From NCBI GenBank assembly GCA_021613535.1, contig CP075494.1:16058001-16122000 (forward strand): a DNA stretch of 64,000 nt, read 5' to 3'. Positions 26,110 to 38,178 of this stretch are shown here, piece after piece. The stretch comes from Adineta vaga. Lineage: Eukaryota > Animalia > Rotifera. The translations under genes and the position numbers were made by a program. A model generated the notes under the pieces. That model was not told where the DNA came from. It was given only the letters and a program-made list of their open reading frames with translations, and ran no database searches. Numbering within the stretch: position 1 is the first letter of the stretch; the number at the start of each line of letters is the position of its first letter.

Positions 26110-26296
26110 AATCAGTAAAACTGTAATTAGCTGTTGGAATAGTATTTCTCTTTTGTTATTGTTGGTGCTCTGAATTCTGTTGACTTGGAAATGAAGAGGG
26201 TTCTCATCTGCCTATAGTTTTGAAAAAAACCGCAGAATATTAATGCGACTCCTATGCTTTGATTGTGTATTTTACAGATATAAAAGAACATAAGAA

Positions 26297-27048
26297 ATGT
26301 GTGCAAAGGCAAATTTCAATATAAATATAGATGCTGAATTGCTCAAATTAATCGAGGTAATTTTTCAATAATCTCTCATTAGTTAACTTATGTTCGTCTT
26401 TCTAGAGCAAAGTACGTGAGGGAAAAAATATAGCAAGTAAACTGCGCGCCGCACTAGAAGTCGCAGATGAAGAAACAGGAGGCAAATACAATATTATGGT
26501 AAGTTCCATTCACTCGCTTCATATTAAACCTGTAATCATGTACAAAATGGATCGATAGAAACCTTTTATTGAAAAGTCAAGCGTTTGATATGTAACCACA
26601 TTTATTTGGTGGAGATACCTTTCATGTCCAATATCAATGTATACCTTTTCACATATAGTAACAGAAAGAGTAAAGTCGAAAAGCCAAGGTTTGTTTTATC
26701 AACTGAGCTCGCATTTTTTCATCTTGATGCAATCCATTGTATTCATTTTTATTTTTAATCGTTTTTTCTTTGAAGGTATCCGACTTGAGTCAGATCACGT
26801 CAAGAAATTTAATAGGGAAAAAATTTCATGAAACTTTTGAAATCAACAATCGTTCATATGGTGTATGGATTTTCGTATCTGGTACGTTTACGAACACTGG
26901 AGAACGCGGGTATGTAATCCTAGTCTTACGTGTCATAGAATACTGTATATCACGCTCATTTAGATACGATTATTGGATATTCAGGGGAAAACATGATTTT
27001 ACAGATGGTCAGAAAAGTTCAACTGTTACATTCGAACCACGGCGTTGA
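26297..27048 (+). CDS. YvgO-like bacterial stress-protein homolog, 4 exons, ~123 aa
   Basis: Exons 26297-26356, 26406-26498, 26776-26909 and 26964-27048 splice in frame to ..GGKYNIMVSDLSQ..YGVWIFVSGTFTNTGERGYDYWIFRG..VTFEPRR*, which matches the recalled Bacillus YvgO pattern. Confidence 0.7.
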
Positions 27049-27921
27049 AAAAAAGAAGAAAAGTTAACATTTTCGCTGTGATGGATGGGATCAATTCTGG
27101 CATCCTATTCCTCCTCTTTTTCCTCTTTAAAAAAAAGAACTAAGTTTTATGAGAAAATCGATAAATTGCTGTTCATTTGAATCAATAAACGTCTTTTTAA
27201 CCAAGAAGGTCAATAATAGGACTAGAAACTTCCATTATAGGAATAAAAGCTTATAATTAAGAAGAACCTGATACTGATTTATGAAAGAATCTTGAATTTC
27301 GTAGTCAAATATCTCATAATTTTAACAAAAGTCACTACAACATTCGGAGAAATAGCAGGAAAAATGGCTTTCAGATCTCTTCTCGCACTAACTCATGAGG
27401 AAACTTTTCTTCAAAAATTATTTCAGACATTCTATGATCAGTGTATATTGGCTTTGTGTATCGAAAGAAACTGCGTAAGAACACTCCGTAAAAAGTTATA
27501 TTTTTATCAAAATTCTAGCCCTTCAATTGTCAAGAATAATTGTAAATTCTGTTAGATATATGGTAACAATCAGACAGACACTCACTATAACTTCTAATAA
27601 TTTTAGCAAGACTCATTAATCTGATTATGCTCGAACATCTAAAATTACTATGAAACGCAGCTAAATTTGAAAAATATTATAGAATGCGATTAATTTATGT
27701 AAGAATAAACATCAATGTAAAATTTCAATACTTGCGCTCACTGGAATGCTTGTTTTCTCAACACATCATAAAACTGGACGGAAAATCAAAGAACGGTAGA
27801 GATTTGAGTTCTCTCATGGTTTTGAAAATGTACTCAGTAAACAGTCATGAAGACTAGTTGGTAATAACATCCATCGATTTGTGAATAACTTACCACACAT
27901 TCTAGCTTAGAGAGATTGTAG

Positions 27922-27967
27922 TTGAGAGTGTGGGTACTCTTTAAATTGAATCCACACCCCCTCCCTT
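27922..27967. repeat. Telomere-hexamer-like hairpin
   Basis: TTGAGAGTGTGGGTACTCTTTAAATTGAATCCACACCCCCTCCCTT. Confidence 0.7.
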
Positions 27968-28377
27968 GCTGGAGAAATATTAAACACGGAGATATTCCTT
28001 ATAATGATTAGGTATCAAGTTATATCAAATAAATGAATTGATTCTCTTATTGCTATGTGTATCCATATCCAATGAAACCTTGCTGTAATCATGATTCAAT
28101 TTTCTCATATCATGCATATTTAAAGTCTCACATAAAATACGGTGTTTATTTGGATTGTATGATTTGCTTTCAATAAATAAACATACGTATAAGACAAATA
28201 GGTCTTGAGAATGTATGTGTCATGTCAACCAACTCTCATAAGCTTCAACATGAAGAACCTACGAAGATAATTGTAGCTAGAATAAGCATCTAGTCTTGTA
28301 GTTTGGTTAGAATTTTATCTTGTGAAAACATATTTAACAATGTGTACTATAGCTTTCAGGCATCTAAAAGAATCAGA

Positions 28378-30417
28378 TTATGATGCATTATGATATTGAA
28401 AAATTTTAGCAAATAAATCGTCAGTATTAATATTTTCCAGATTCAACTCTTTCGATGATGGATAAACAGTTTTTATTGCATGGCATTTGTTTAACATTTC
28501 AGAAGCTTCGTCAAATTTCTTCTGTTTCTTATAGATTTGAGCAATGTGCTTATATACGAGGGCGAGGTCATGAGGATTATACTCTGATTTGTTTTGTATC
28601 ATACCAAGACATGTATATAAGATATTCAAAGCTTTATCCAGTTCATTCAGCTCTTCATAAATGTTAGCCATATCATTGTACAATGAAATAGTGTCTGAAT
28701 GAGCTATTGGCAGATGTACGAGCATTAGTTCCAAAGCACGCTCGTAGTAATTCATTGCTTCATTATATTTGTTAAAACAATATTGTAGAATAGTTCCGAT
28801 ACTTTCGTACGAGTAAGCAATATTCGTGTAATCTGGTTGTGAAGCATTTATTTCAAGTTCAATAGATCTGTTGTAATTGTCAATTGCTTGTTGATCCTTA
28901 TTCACAGCACTACAACTTATTGCTACATTACTATAATAATAGGCGAGCAATGGATCATTTGTATCGACATGCTCCGCAATAATATTCAACGCTTTTTGAT
29001 GATACTCTAGTGCTAACTCTTGATTTTCTTTCTCACCATTGATCCAAGCAAGAGTATCATATAATGTTGCTTTCATTTCCCAGTCATTTTCCGATGCTAT
29101 ATGATTTTCACATAATTCAATGGCTTTCTTATGTTCATCCATTCTTACAAATAAACGACAGAGAGGTACTAGTGGGTTCGGACGTTGTAGTTGAATAATT
29201 TTATTCATATGAATCGTTAGTTTAGCTAAAGTTTCATCTTGATCATTAGTAAGTATTAAACCGACGTGCCAAACATTATCAATTAATTCAATATTTTGAA
29301 TTCGAAAAACAGTACCCATTGAAAATAGCCATTCATGTTCCGCTTCTCCAAAATTACTAAATTTTTCTATACAACCAAATGAATTATTAGTATAATCATT
29401 TAAATTAACATTGAATTTGAAAACAATAGCTACTGTTTCATGATCTGATTGTCCGGCAAATATAATTGCTACATCTTGACTTGTAGTCGTAGATACGAAA
29501 TTTGAAACTGACAGTAATCCACCTTCATTATTTTTCAACTTATCAAATTCTCTAAACGACAATTTTTGACCGCGATAAAGAGTTAATATTGATGCTGATT
29601 GAATATGATCATCTTTTGGACGAAGTTGAACAAGTTCTTGATGAAGATGACGAAGGAATGTACGCATATTGTATAATGTTTCGACATCGCGAGTGCGAAG
29701 AGCTTTGTTCATTAATTTATGGAGAAAACAATCTCTCGTATACCACCAAATCGCTCGACGTTTATCGTATTGACGTTCAAATTCATCGATGATTACTAGT
29801 TGAGGAGGATCTTTAGAATAAAGCTTTCGACAATATTCCACAAACTCTGTTGTACTATCATCTTCAAATCTTAAAAGAACTTCTTTCAATAATTGTGAAT
29901 ACATAAATGTACATTCTTGTTTGTTACAATATCTCGGTATTGAGAGAGAAATATCCGATACTTCTAAAACTTCGAATCCAATAGAGTCATGTTCGATTCG
30001 ATTCGTATCGAATTTAATTTGATTAATCAATCGATTGACATTCGTATAAACACCTTTGATCTTTCGAATGGATTTAGACCATTTTTTCTCCATATCTTCA
30101 TTTGATAAACATAAAATATATACATCAGAAATAGACAGAAGATCTTCAACAAGTGTAAAAATACATGAATCGATTATTGTGCCAGAGACGATTAACAGAA
30201 TATTTTCATTTTCCAAATCAGTTATATAATCGATACATTCATTAGAATCATTGAATATTTTAATATCATTACTAATTACTTTCAATTGTTCAATTATTTG
30301 TGTACTATGATTATTTGTATTAATTGCATTATTTAACCAAACAATAATAGAACTTTCAATGTATTGTCGTGTTTTGAGAATATTTACTTCTTTCATTTCC
30401 ATTCGTTTAGAAACCAT
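28378..30417 (-). CDS. ADP-ribosyltransferase (R-S-E class) + TPR repeat protein
   Basis: AIWWYTRD, LYRGQ, FVSTT and EAEHEWLF, followed by TPRs; intronless, 679 aa. Confidence 0.9.
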   Translation of the reverse strand: MVSKRMEMKEVNILKTRQYIESSIIVWLNNAINTNNHSTQIIEQLKVISNDIKIFNDSNECIDYITDLENENILLIVSGTIIDSCIFTLVEDLLSISDVYILCLSNEDMEKKWSKSIRKIKGVYTNVNRLINQIKFDTNRIEHDSIGFEVLEVSDISLSIPRYCNKQECTFMYSQLLKEVLLRFEDDSTTEFVEYCRKLYSKDPPQLVIIDEFERQYDKRRAIWWYTRDCFLHKLMNKALRTRDVETLYNMRTFLRHLHQELVQLRPKDDHIQSASILTLYRGQKLSFREFDKLKNNEGGLLSVSNFVSTTTSQDVAIIFAGQSDHETVAIVFKFNVNLNDYTNNSFGCIEKFSNFGEAEHEWLFSMGTVFRIQNIELIDNVWHVGLILTNDQDETLAKLTIHMNKIIQLQRPNPLVPLCRLFVRMDEHKKAIELCENHIASENDWEMKATLYDTLAWINGEKENQELALEYHQKALNIIAEHVDTNDPLLAYYYSNVAISCSAVNKDQQAIDNYNRSIELEINASQPDYTNIAYSYESIGTILQYCFNKYNEAMNYYERALELMLVHLPIAHSDTISLYNDMANIYEELNELDKALNILYTCLGMIQNKSEYNPHDLALVYKHIAQIYKKQKKFDEASEMLNKCHAIKTVYPSSKELNLENINTDDLFAKIFQYHNAS

Positions 30418-31672
30418 TCTATTTCGTAATTTGATGAAATAATATAAATTCTATTTGATTTTTTTCTACCTCAGAAGGAAATATGATAGAAAATAGCTTT
30501 GAATTTTATACTTGTGGTGATTTGATGAAATACGTTGTTGGTGATGCATAAATATAATCTACAAGCTTTCTTTTTTCTTTTTTTCCTTTTCACGTGTTCG
30601 ATTTCGAGAGAAAAACAAATCCAATGTGAGAGTGCGAGAGAGTAACTTTCGAAGTTTATCGAATGGATACTTTTCATATTTCTATGTAAACAGTAACATC
30701 TTCCGTCTCATTCCTCTTTGGATTCACTTGCATTGTTAAATGAGAAATACAAAAAAAACAAGACTCAAACGTAAGTTATTCCAATAAAATCTCAGTTAAA
30801 TATATTTTTCTTCGAAAGTCTAAAACGATTCTATTCAGTTTCATGAGTAAGATTAACTAGAATCTGTTTTCCAATAAGACCAAATCCATCGTAGAAGCTT
30901 TCTACAATTTCATGAGCTTTTTCTTTTGTTTTTTTTTCGAGTTCTTCATATCTCCATGCACCTTGTACAAAATCTCTCCATTAACTGTAATATAGAATGA
31001 TTCATCGATTGAATTATATGCAAACGAAATATCCGTTCACTGACGAATCGTCTGGGATAATAATGATCCGAAGGAGCAAATTCAACTGCAGAAATCAAAT
31101 AAGATTCAGTCTCGAGTAGTGAAGCATAATGTTGCAAGGCAGAGGGTAAAAGTCATGTTATAGAAAGTGGAATAGTCAAATAGAAAGAACCAGTTGTATT
31201 CCGATTTTTGCGAAGAAGTTGTTTATGAGTAAGTAACACTAAAACAGTAGATCAATATCCTTTTCATTCCATTAGCAGCAAAAACTTATGATAATCTAGA
31301 ATTTTCTTCATGCCATCTCTTACATAAACCTTTTAACAGACTAAAGGCTATAGAATATCCTTCTGTGATTTTACTCGACAATACTTTTATCTATCTACTT
31401 ACAAATAAACATTGATTCTCATCGAGGGTACTCCTATAGTATACGATACAAGGACTGGATGGTACATCCAATCAGTAGTTGAAAGAAAACCTTTTTTTTT
31501 TCATATAACCCTCCTTTCAATGAAATGGTTATTTATAAGATAAGATATCTATAAAAATGTTTCATTTTGTGTGAAACTATTGTCTGAATGTGGGAATTTT
31601 CCCATTGAAACATGAAACATATAAATACAATCAACAAAAAAAACTAAACATTTAAGAACAATCTTAATAATA

Positions 31673-32251
31673 ATGAATACGAAATATTTCTATCAATTAT
31701 TAATAATAAATATCTTATATCTAACAACTATTTATGTAAAGAAATTGATTATTCTTATTGAAATTCTTCATTTATTTTCTTTTTAGGCACGTAGATCCGA
31801 TAAATGTAATTTGCCTCGTGGACGATCATGTACAAGTATGACACCCACAAATACAAAATTGGAAGGTTTAGGTGTTTATTATGAGGATCCATGTCATGGT
31901 GCTGGATGTGGATTTTTTCATTCAAATTGTCGTCTTTGTTGGATCGATCAAAATGCTCCTGGAAGAGCTGATCGTCTACAATGTCCACCATGCGTGGCTG
32001 AGCGTTTTCAAAGAGAAAAATCTGAAGATGCAGTATGTAGTTTACCTCGTGGACGATCATGTACAAGTATGACACCAGAAAATACAAAATTGGAAGGTTT
32101 AGGTGTTTATTATGAAAACCCATGTCATGGTGTTGGATGTGGATTTTTTCATTCAAATTGTCGTCTTTGTTGGATCGATCCAAATGCTCCTGGAAGAGCT
32201 GATCGTCTACAATGTCCACCATGTGTTTCAAAAATTTTAAATAAAAATTAA
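31673..32251 (+). CDS. Secreted protein with two tandem 63-aa Cys8 domains (~175 aa)
   Basis: Exon 1 (31673-31735) encodes signal-like MNTKYFYQLLIINILYLTTIY; intron 31736-31786; two repeats at 231-nt spacing. Confidence 0.8.
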
Positions 32252-32464
32252 CTTTACCTTTTCGTTTAGAATATCTTTACACGATTTCTATTTCTTTTTT
32301 TTCCATCTATATAACACGATTTTGATTCTCATAACCATGATCAGTCCAAAGTTCATCTTCAAATAAAATTAAGAAAACATTGAAGTTCGTTTTTAATCCT
32401 TTCTCTTCTCTAACAATTTCATGAGACCAAAAAACTAACAGATAAATACATTACATAAAAAATA

Positions 32465-33507
32465 TTAATCCTTTTCGTGATAAACTTTTGAAACACATGG
32501 TGGACATTGTGGACGATCCATTCTTCCCGGAGCCTTTGGATCAATCCAACAAAGACGACAATTTGGATGGAAAAATCCACATCCAATACCATAACATGGA
32601 TTCTCATAATAAACACCTAAACCTTCCAATTTTGTATTTGTGGGTGTCATACGTGTACATGATCGTCCACGAGGTTCTTCACATTGTGTATCATTACTAT
32701 TTGTTGATGTTGTTGTTGCTGATGTTGTTGTTATTATTGGAGGAGATTTTGATGTTAGTGAATAATTTTTGATTCCAATAAGAATTAATAACAAAAATGA
32801 AATAAATAAAATCGTTAATATACATAATCGAATAAAACATGAGGATTTGAAAGAAATATGACATGATGAATAATTATTATTAATACGATTTAATTTCAAA
32901 GAAGATGGATTTTCTTTTGTTTTTTCAATAAATGGTTTTATTAAATAATCTTCATTTGAAATATTTCTATTAAAATTATTATTTGTTAATATTTGTAAAG
33001 TATCTTAATAAAAGAATATATTCAATTCATTTTTGTTTCAAAATCAAAATTTCATATAAAATTACTTGAATTTTGATTAAAATTAACTTTATCTTCATCT
33101 TCTAAATCTTTCAAAATATTTTCTGAAAGACTCTTTGAATTATTTGTAAATGAAGATGAATTTCTTCTTGAAACTTTTTCTATTTTTCTTCGTTGAAGTT
33201 CTAAAACAACTCAAAATTCATATGATATTCGAAATCTAGAATATGAACCTTTTAAACTATTTGAAGCTTGATAACATTTAATTCTTTCAAATGATTGAAT
33301 TAAATAAGTAAAATTTTCTTCCGAAATCTTGTTTCGATCAAAAAGTTGTTGAATTAAATCCAAAGCTCCACCAATTGTTGGATCATCACATATACGACGA
33401 TCAATATCATCAACTAATAAAAATGAAAGTTTTTTACGTTCAATATCACTTAAACGATCCAATATATCAATTAAAACTTCACGAAATTGTAATTTATAAT
33501 TTTCCAT
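32465..33507 (-). CDS. Death-effector-domain + TM + Cys8 domain protein (~310 aa)
   Basis: Exons 33507-33249, 33200-33066 and 33003-32465 splice in frame. DED-like FREVLIDILDRLSDIERKKLSFL..LFDRNKISEENFTYL; TM LCILTILFISFLLLILIGI; T/S stalk; one Cys8 domain. Confidence 0.8.
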
Positions 33508-34108
33508 ATTATCTAAAACATAAATTTAGATCAATTCTCTTATTTAGAGAGAAAGAAATTTCATTCAATGGAATTATACTACAGACCTTTTGTTTTCTTA
33601 TCTTTTCATCGAACAATCTCCTCCGCATGTTTCATTAGAAATGGAAGTTTATTTAGTCATGAGTCATTTTCTTCGTTATTTATTGTTTTCAATCGAATAG
33701 ATAAAGAGAATTAATGATTATTATTTCTTTCATCCATATTGATAAAATGAAATTTCATCTTTTCATTGATCTTATTGATCAGAAAAATAAAGAAAAAATG
33801 ATATTTTTGCTGTTCTAATAATGATTACAGATAGGAAATAATATATGTGAATAGAATAATAAATGAAAAAGATACGACGTTTTATTTTCGTGGGAAAGAA
33901 AAAGAATTGTAGGGAAAGAGCAAGTTTTTCCCATCCGATGAAATTTCATCATAAAAAGTATTACTCATTGTTTATACATGTTTGTTTAGGATATATTTAT
34001 ACCAAAAGCTCCGGGTGGGATGGAACAAAAACGTTTTTGCTCAATATAAGTAATCAATGTACTTATTCGTCTTGTTTTTTGAAATCATACATAATTTGAA
34101 ATATGATC

Positions 34109-34151
34109 TTGGGGTGTGAGTGGCAGATGATAAGAGTACCCACACCCTCAA
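34109..34151. repeat. Telomere-hexamer-like hairpin
   Basis: TTGGGGTGTGAGT...AGAGTACCCACACCCTCAA. Confidence 0.7.
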
Positions 34152-34504
34152 TTTTTAAGAGTTGAATAACTATGTATAAAAGTGAATGACACTATATTTC
34201 TATTCTTTATCGTAAGTATAGTAATACATACATAAACATAATCGAGTCAGTACTCAAACAGTGTGATCTTTCGATAACACCCTTCGAGACTTCTGAAAAG
34301 TGTGCACTATTATTATTGAGAAGATGCTATGAAAAATAATCTTGTACATGTCGATATTGGTTCTAAGCGTGTTTTTCTTTTACTATCGTAGGATTAGTTT
34401 AGCGTTTTAATGAATTATATTTTAGAGAAAAAATAACTAAATAGATTTAAAAGATCAATAGAAGATAATTGAATAGTTTTTCAAATATAAAATAAAGAAT
34501 GATA

Positions 34505-37500
34505 TTAATAATATAATTGTGCAAGATTTACAGCAGTACCATTAACATCATGTCCACCTGTTACTAAAATTCTTCCATCATTTAATAAACACGGTATGTA
34601 TCCAGTCGGCATGTTGCTTCTATCACCGATCAACGTCCAACTGTCTGTTGATGGATTATACAACTGCATTTTATAATAACCATCAACTATTAGAAGTTGT
34701 CCATTAGACAATACTGCTTCAACACGCCAAAATGTTCTATTAGCTAAGTTACTAAAAGATGTCCACATACCTGTTGATGGATCATATATTTCAGATTTAT
34801 TTAATAAACTACCAAAACCCCATTGATCAACGACTAATACTTTTCCATTCGATAAAACAGACGTCATATGTTCAATTCGTGCATTAATCATATTACCAGT
34901 TTGTGTCCATATTCCTGTCAATGGATCATATAATTCAGTACTATTCAAACTACCATTCACATTTTCTCCACCAGTGACTAATACTTTTCCATCATTTAAC
35001 AAAGTTGCTGCATGATTATGTCGTATATCAGTCATGTTACCAGTCAATGTCTAATTGTTAGTTATTGGATTATATAACTCAGCAGTATGTCTTTCTCCAC
35101 CACTTACTAATACTTTTCCACTATTTAGTAAAGTTACTGTACAATGATAACGTGTTTCAATCATATTACCAGTTTGTATCCATATTCCTGTTAATGGATC
35201 ATATAACTCAGCACCATTTCTGTCAGCGGCAATAACTAAAACTTTTCCATTAGTTAATACAGTTGCTGTATGTTGACTTCGTGAAATAGTCATATTTCCA
35301 GTTTGCGTCCAAATACCTGTTAATGGATCAAACAATTCAGCATTATTTAAAGTACTATAACTATTAATTCCACCAGTTACTAATACTTTTCCATTTAGAT
35401 AATACCGATGCTGTATGATACCATCGTGCATAATTCATACGTCCAGTATCAAACCATCCTAAAATTAACAGCATGTGAAGGAAATTTAGTTGATTATTAT
35501 AAAATTGTTATACCTATGTTCGGCAAAAACTTATTGCTATTAATGGTAAACATACAAATTGTGATGAACAACATGAGTTGATGATACATATCGATTGATT
35601 TGATGTACATGTATGAGTAATATTATCACATAGTTCTAAGAGTGAACATTCAATTCCAGGTGAACAATAACTTGTATTATTCATTGTACGACCCATGTGC
35701 TACGAACCGGATAAAAACCGGCGGTAAACCGATCGTAGGACTGAGGAGTATACCGCCTAAAAACCGGCGGTTTACCGCAGTTTTTGCCGGTTTCTCGCGG
35801 TTAACCATCGGTTTTTTCTCTTAAATTTCTCATTTGTACTGCTTTCTTATTGAGAACTTTTTACGCATATTATTATTCCATTATATTTTATTTTTAATTT
35901 TCATCATCACAGAAGAGAAACTACACATGTCTAGAAACAAATTTCGTAAAAAAATACACAGAAAATAGGTTTATCACAATTCACAAATTATACACAACAA
36001 CAAAGTGACACGTTTTCGCATTTGTACAATTCATTTCAGTTTAGAAAACATCAGATGTAATATGAACAACAGAAAACTGATGAAATCAAATAAAAACACT
36101 CACGCATTAATCGCATGACTTATAACAACAGGTTTTTTGTCTTTCTTCCAATTTCTTCGTTTGTTTAATATAGCTTCATGAATATTTGGCCATTCGATTG
36201 CTAATTTTGCTGTTGTAAGTCAAAACTTGACTCTCACTGCTTCTAAATAAAAATAAGAGGAAAATATCTACCTATGTAAAATATTATTTGAAATTGTTTT
36301 AAACTTTCTATTCAGACACTTTTCTAAAAGAATAGCCCGTATCATATATGACAAGTTGATACATTAAATTTACTAAAAACTTCAAAATATCTGGTCAGTT
36401 TCTCCGACGTGTTATTCTTTTCTCTATTATGTTGAAGAATAATTCCAACGTACCTTTAATGAAAAAATAACTTCGGTGTGAGAGAAGTTTATTTTTCTTT
36501 GTCACAGGATCAAGTTCAAGTAATTCATCTTCAGAAAATAGTTTATCGACTAATTTCAATGCAAATAAGTTTTTTTTCGTCGGATCACCATGAATACGTA
36601 AAGCATCAAAAGTTGTTTCACCACCATCAGTTGAATACGGCTAAATTATAGAAAATGTCTGATGATTCAAGAAACAAGAAAAACTACCTTATCAACTCAG
36701 AAGGATATAAATTTCCATCATCATCTGTTCGAACACCTTCCAAAGGATTAATTTCTTCTTCAATATCAACATAAATCTACAATTAACAGATACATAGCGA
36801 GAAATATTATTGTGCTTATAAACACTTACTTTATTTTTCATAGTCACGTAAATCATCATCAGTTGAAGCATGTGGAAAATTTTAATCTACAGTTGGAAGA
36901 TTTAGTTCATTCGTATCACCATCAGAATCTTCAGGTGCTGATGAAAGTACATCAGAGAGACGAACAGCTTATTTTCGTTTTTCACAACGACGGTCTCGCT
37001 GTGAAAGTACTTTGCTAGAATAAAACTTCTGAGAGGCCATTACTAAAATAAAGCAAATAATAAAACAACAATTTTAGAAGTTTCTATTTACATGTATACA
37101 GAATAATTGTGACAATCGTTCAAACGTATGAGCTGATCGAATAGAATAAAGAATCTAGTAATCAAAATAATTACTGAAAACACATGTTCGATCAAAAAAT
37201 TAGACACTTACAATTTTCGAATAAATAATTTCAACATGAAAATAACAACATCAACGATAATGAAAGATGAATTATAACTGAACAAGTACAATACATCTCA
37301 ACTGAACTCGATTGTAGGCACAGCCAGAATTGCAAATGAATACTAACGACCGGCAAAACCGTTAGAAAATATCGTCCACCAATCAGAACTTTTAGAGCGC
37401 CATCTATAAAAATTTATTTAGTCATTTAAATGACCGTATACTACTAAAAAAAAGTTTGTGTTTTTTAAATAATTTTTTGTACGATACTCATTAGAATGAT

Positions 37501-37976
37501 TTGATATTTCCTACAAACAATATCATATTCAAATTATGAGTCAATACCGGTATGCCGTCGGTTTCACTAAATTTAATTTAAACCAGCGGTAGACCGCCGG
37601 TTTTTATGGAACCGGTGAAAACCGCCGGTGAACCGCCTTATACCGGCGGTTTTTGGGGGAACCGCCGGTATGGATAAAAAAGTGACGACATGGGCGATAA
37701 TCAAAACAAGGTGTTGATTGTAAACGACAATAAGTCGCATTATTTGGTGAATATATATTACATTGTTGTAATGAACAATTTGATATTGAATTCCATGCCG
37801 AATGAAATGATGAAGATAATGTAAATCCTACACCAATATCATTTTTATTACATGAATAATTCAATGCATTGATAGTTTGATCTAAATTATAGAAATTTTG
37901 AAAATATCAATAACAAAAAGAAAATGAATCTAACTTGTATAAAAAAGAATCAAAGATAAGAATAATTTAATCGACA
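34505..37976 (-). pseudogene. Secreted Cys-rich + Kelch-repeat gene, disrupted
   Basis: Kelch repeats HTATVLTNGKVLV..AELYDPLTGIW. Stop at ~35051, frameshift at ~35400, and a 2-kb transposon splitting CFDYR|TMNNTSYC. Confidence 0.75.
35692..37694 (-). mobile_element. CMC/EnSpm-like non-autonomous transposon carrying a decayed BEN-domain gene
   Basis: TIR CCCATGT / ACATGGG, 3-bp TSD CGA and subterminal AACCGGCGGT arrays. Internal minus-strand exons give FALKLVDKLFSEDELL and EWPNIHEAILNKRR. Confidence 0.8.
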
Positions 37977-38178
37977 TTCTGTATACTCTATATTATATGA
38001 ACAGAAAATGATTGGAATAAAAGTTTCTTTTATGATTTTCAACTCTGAGATGCATGAAATTATAAAATGATCAATGAATTTTTGTGTACATTGATGTGTA
38101 TTTAAACTATATTACGAAGATCACAGATGGATCACATAACAACACAACATATATATATATAAAGTTTTTTTTAATATT

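Noticed and set aside
31755-32772. Antisense and alternative-frame ORFs over the Cys8 repeats
   Set aside because: Shadows of the two real genes.
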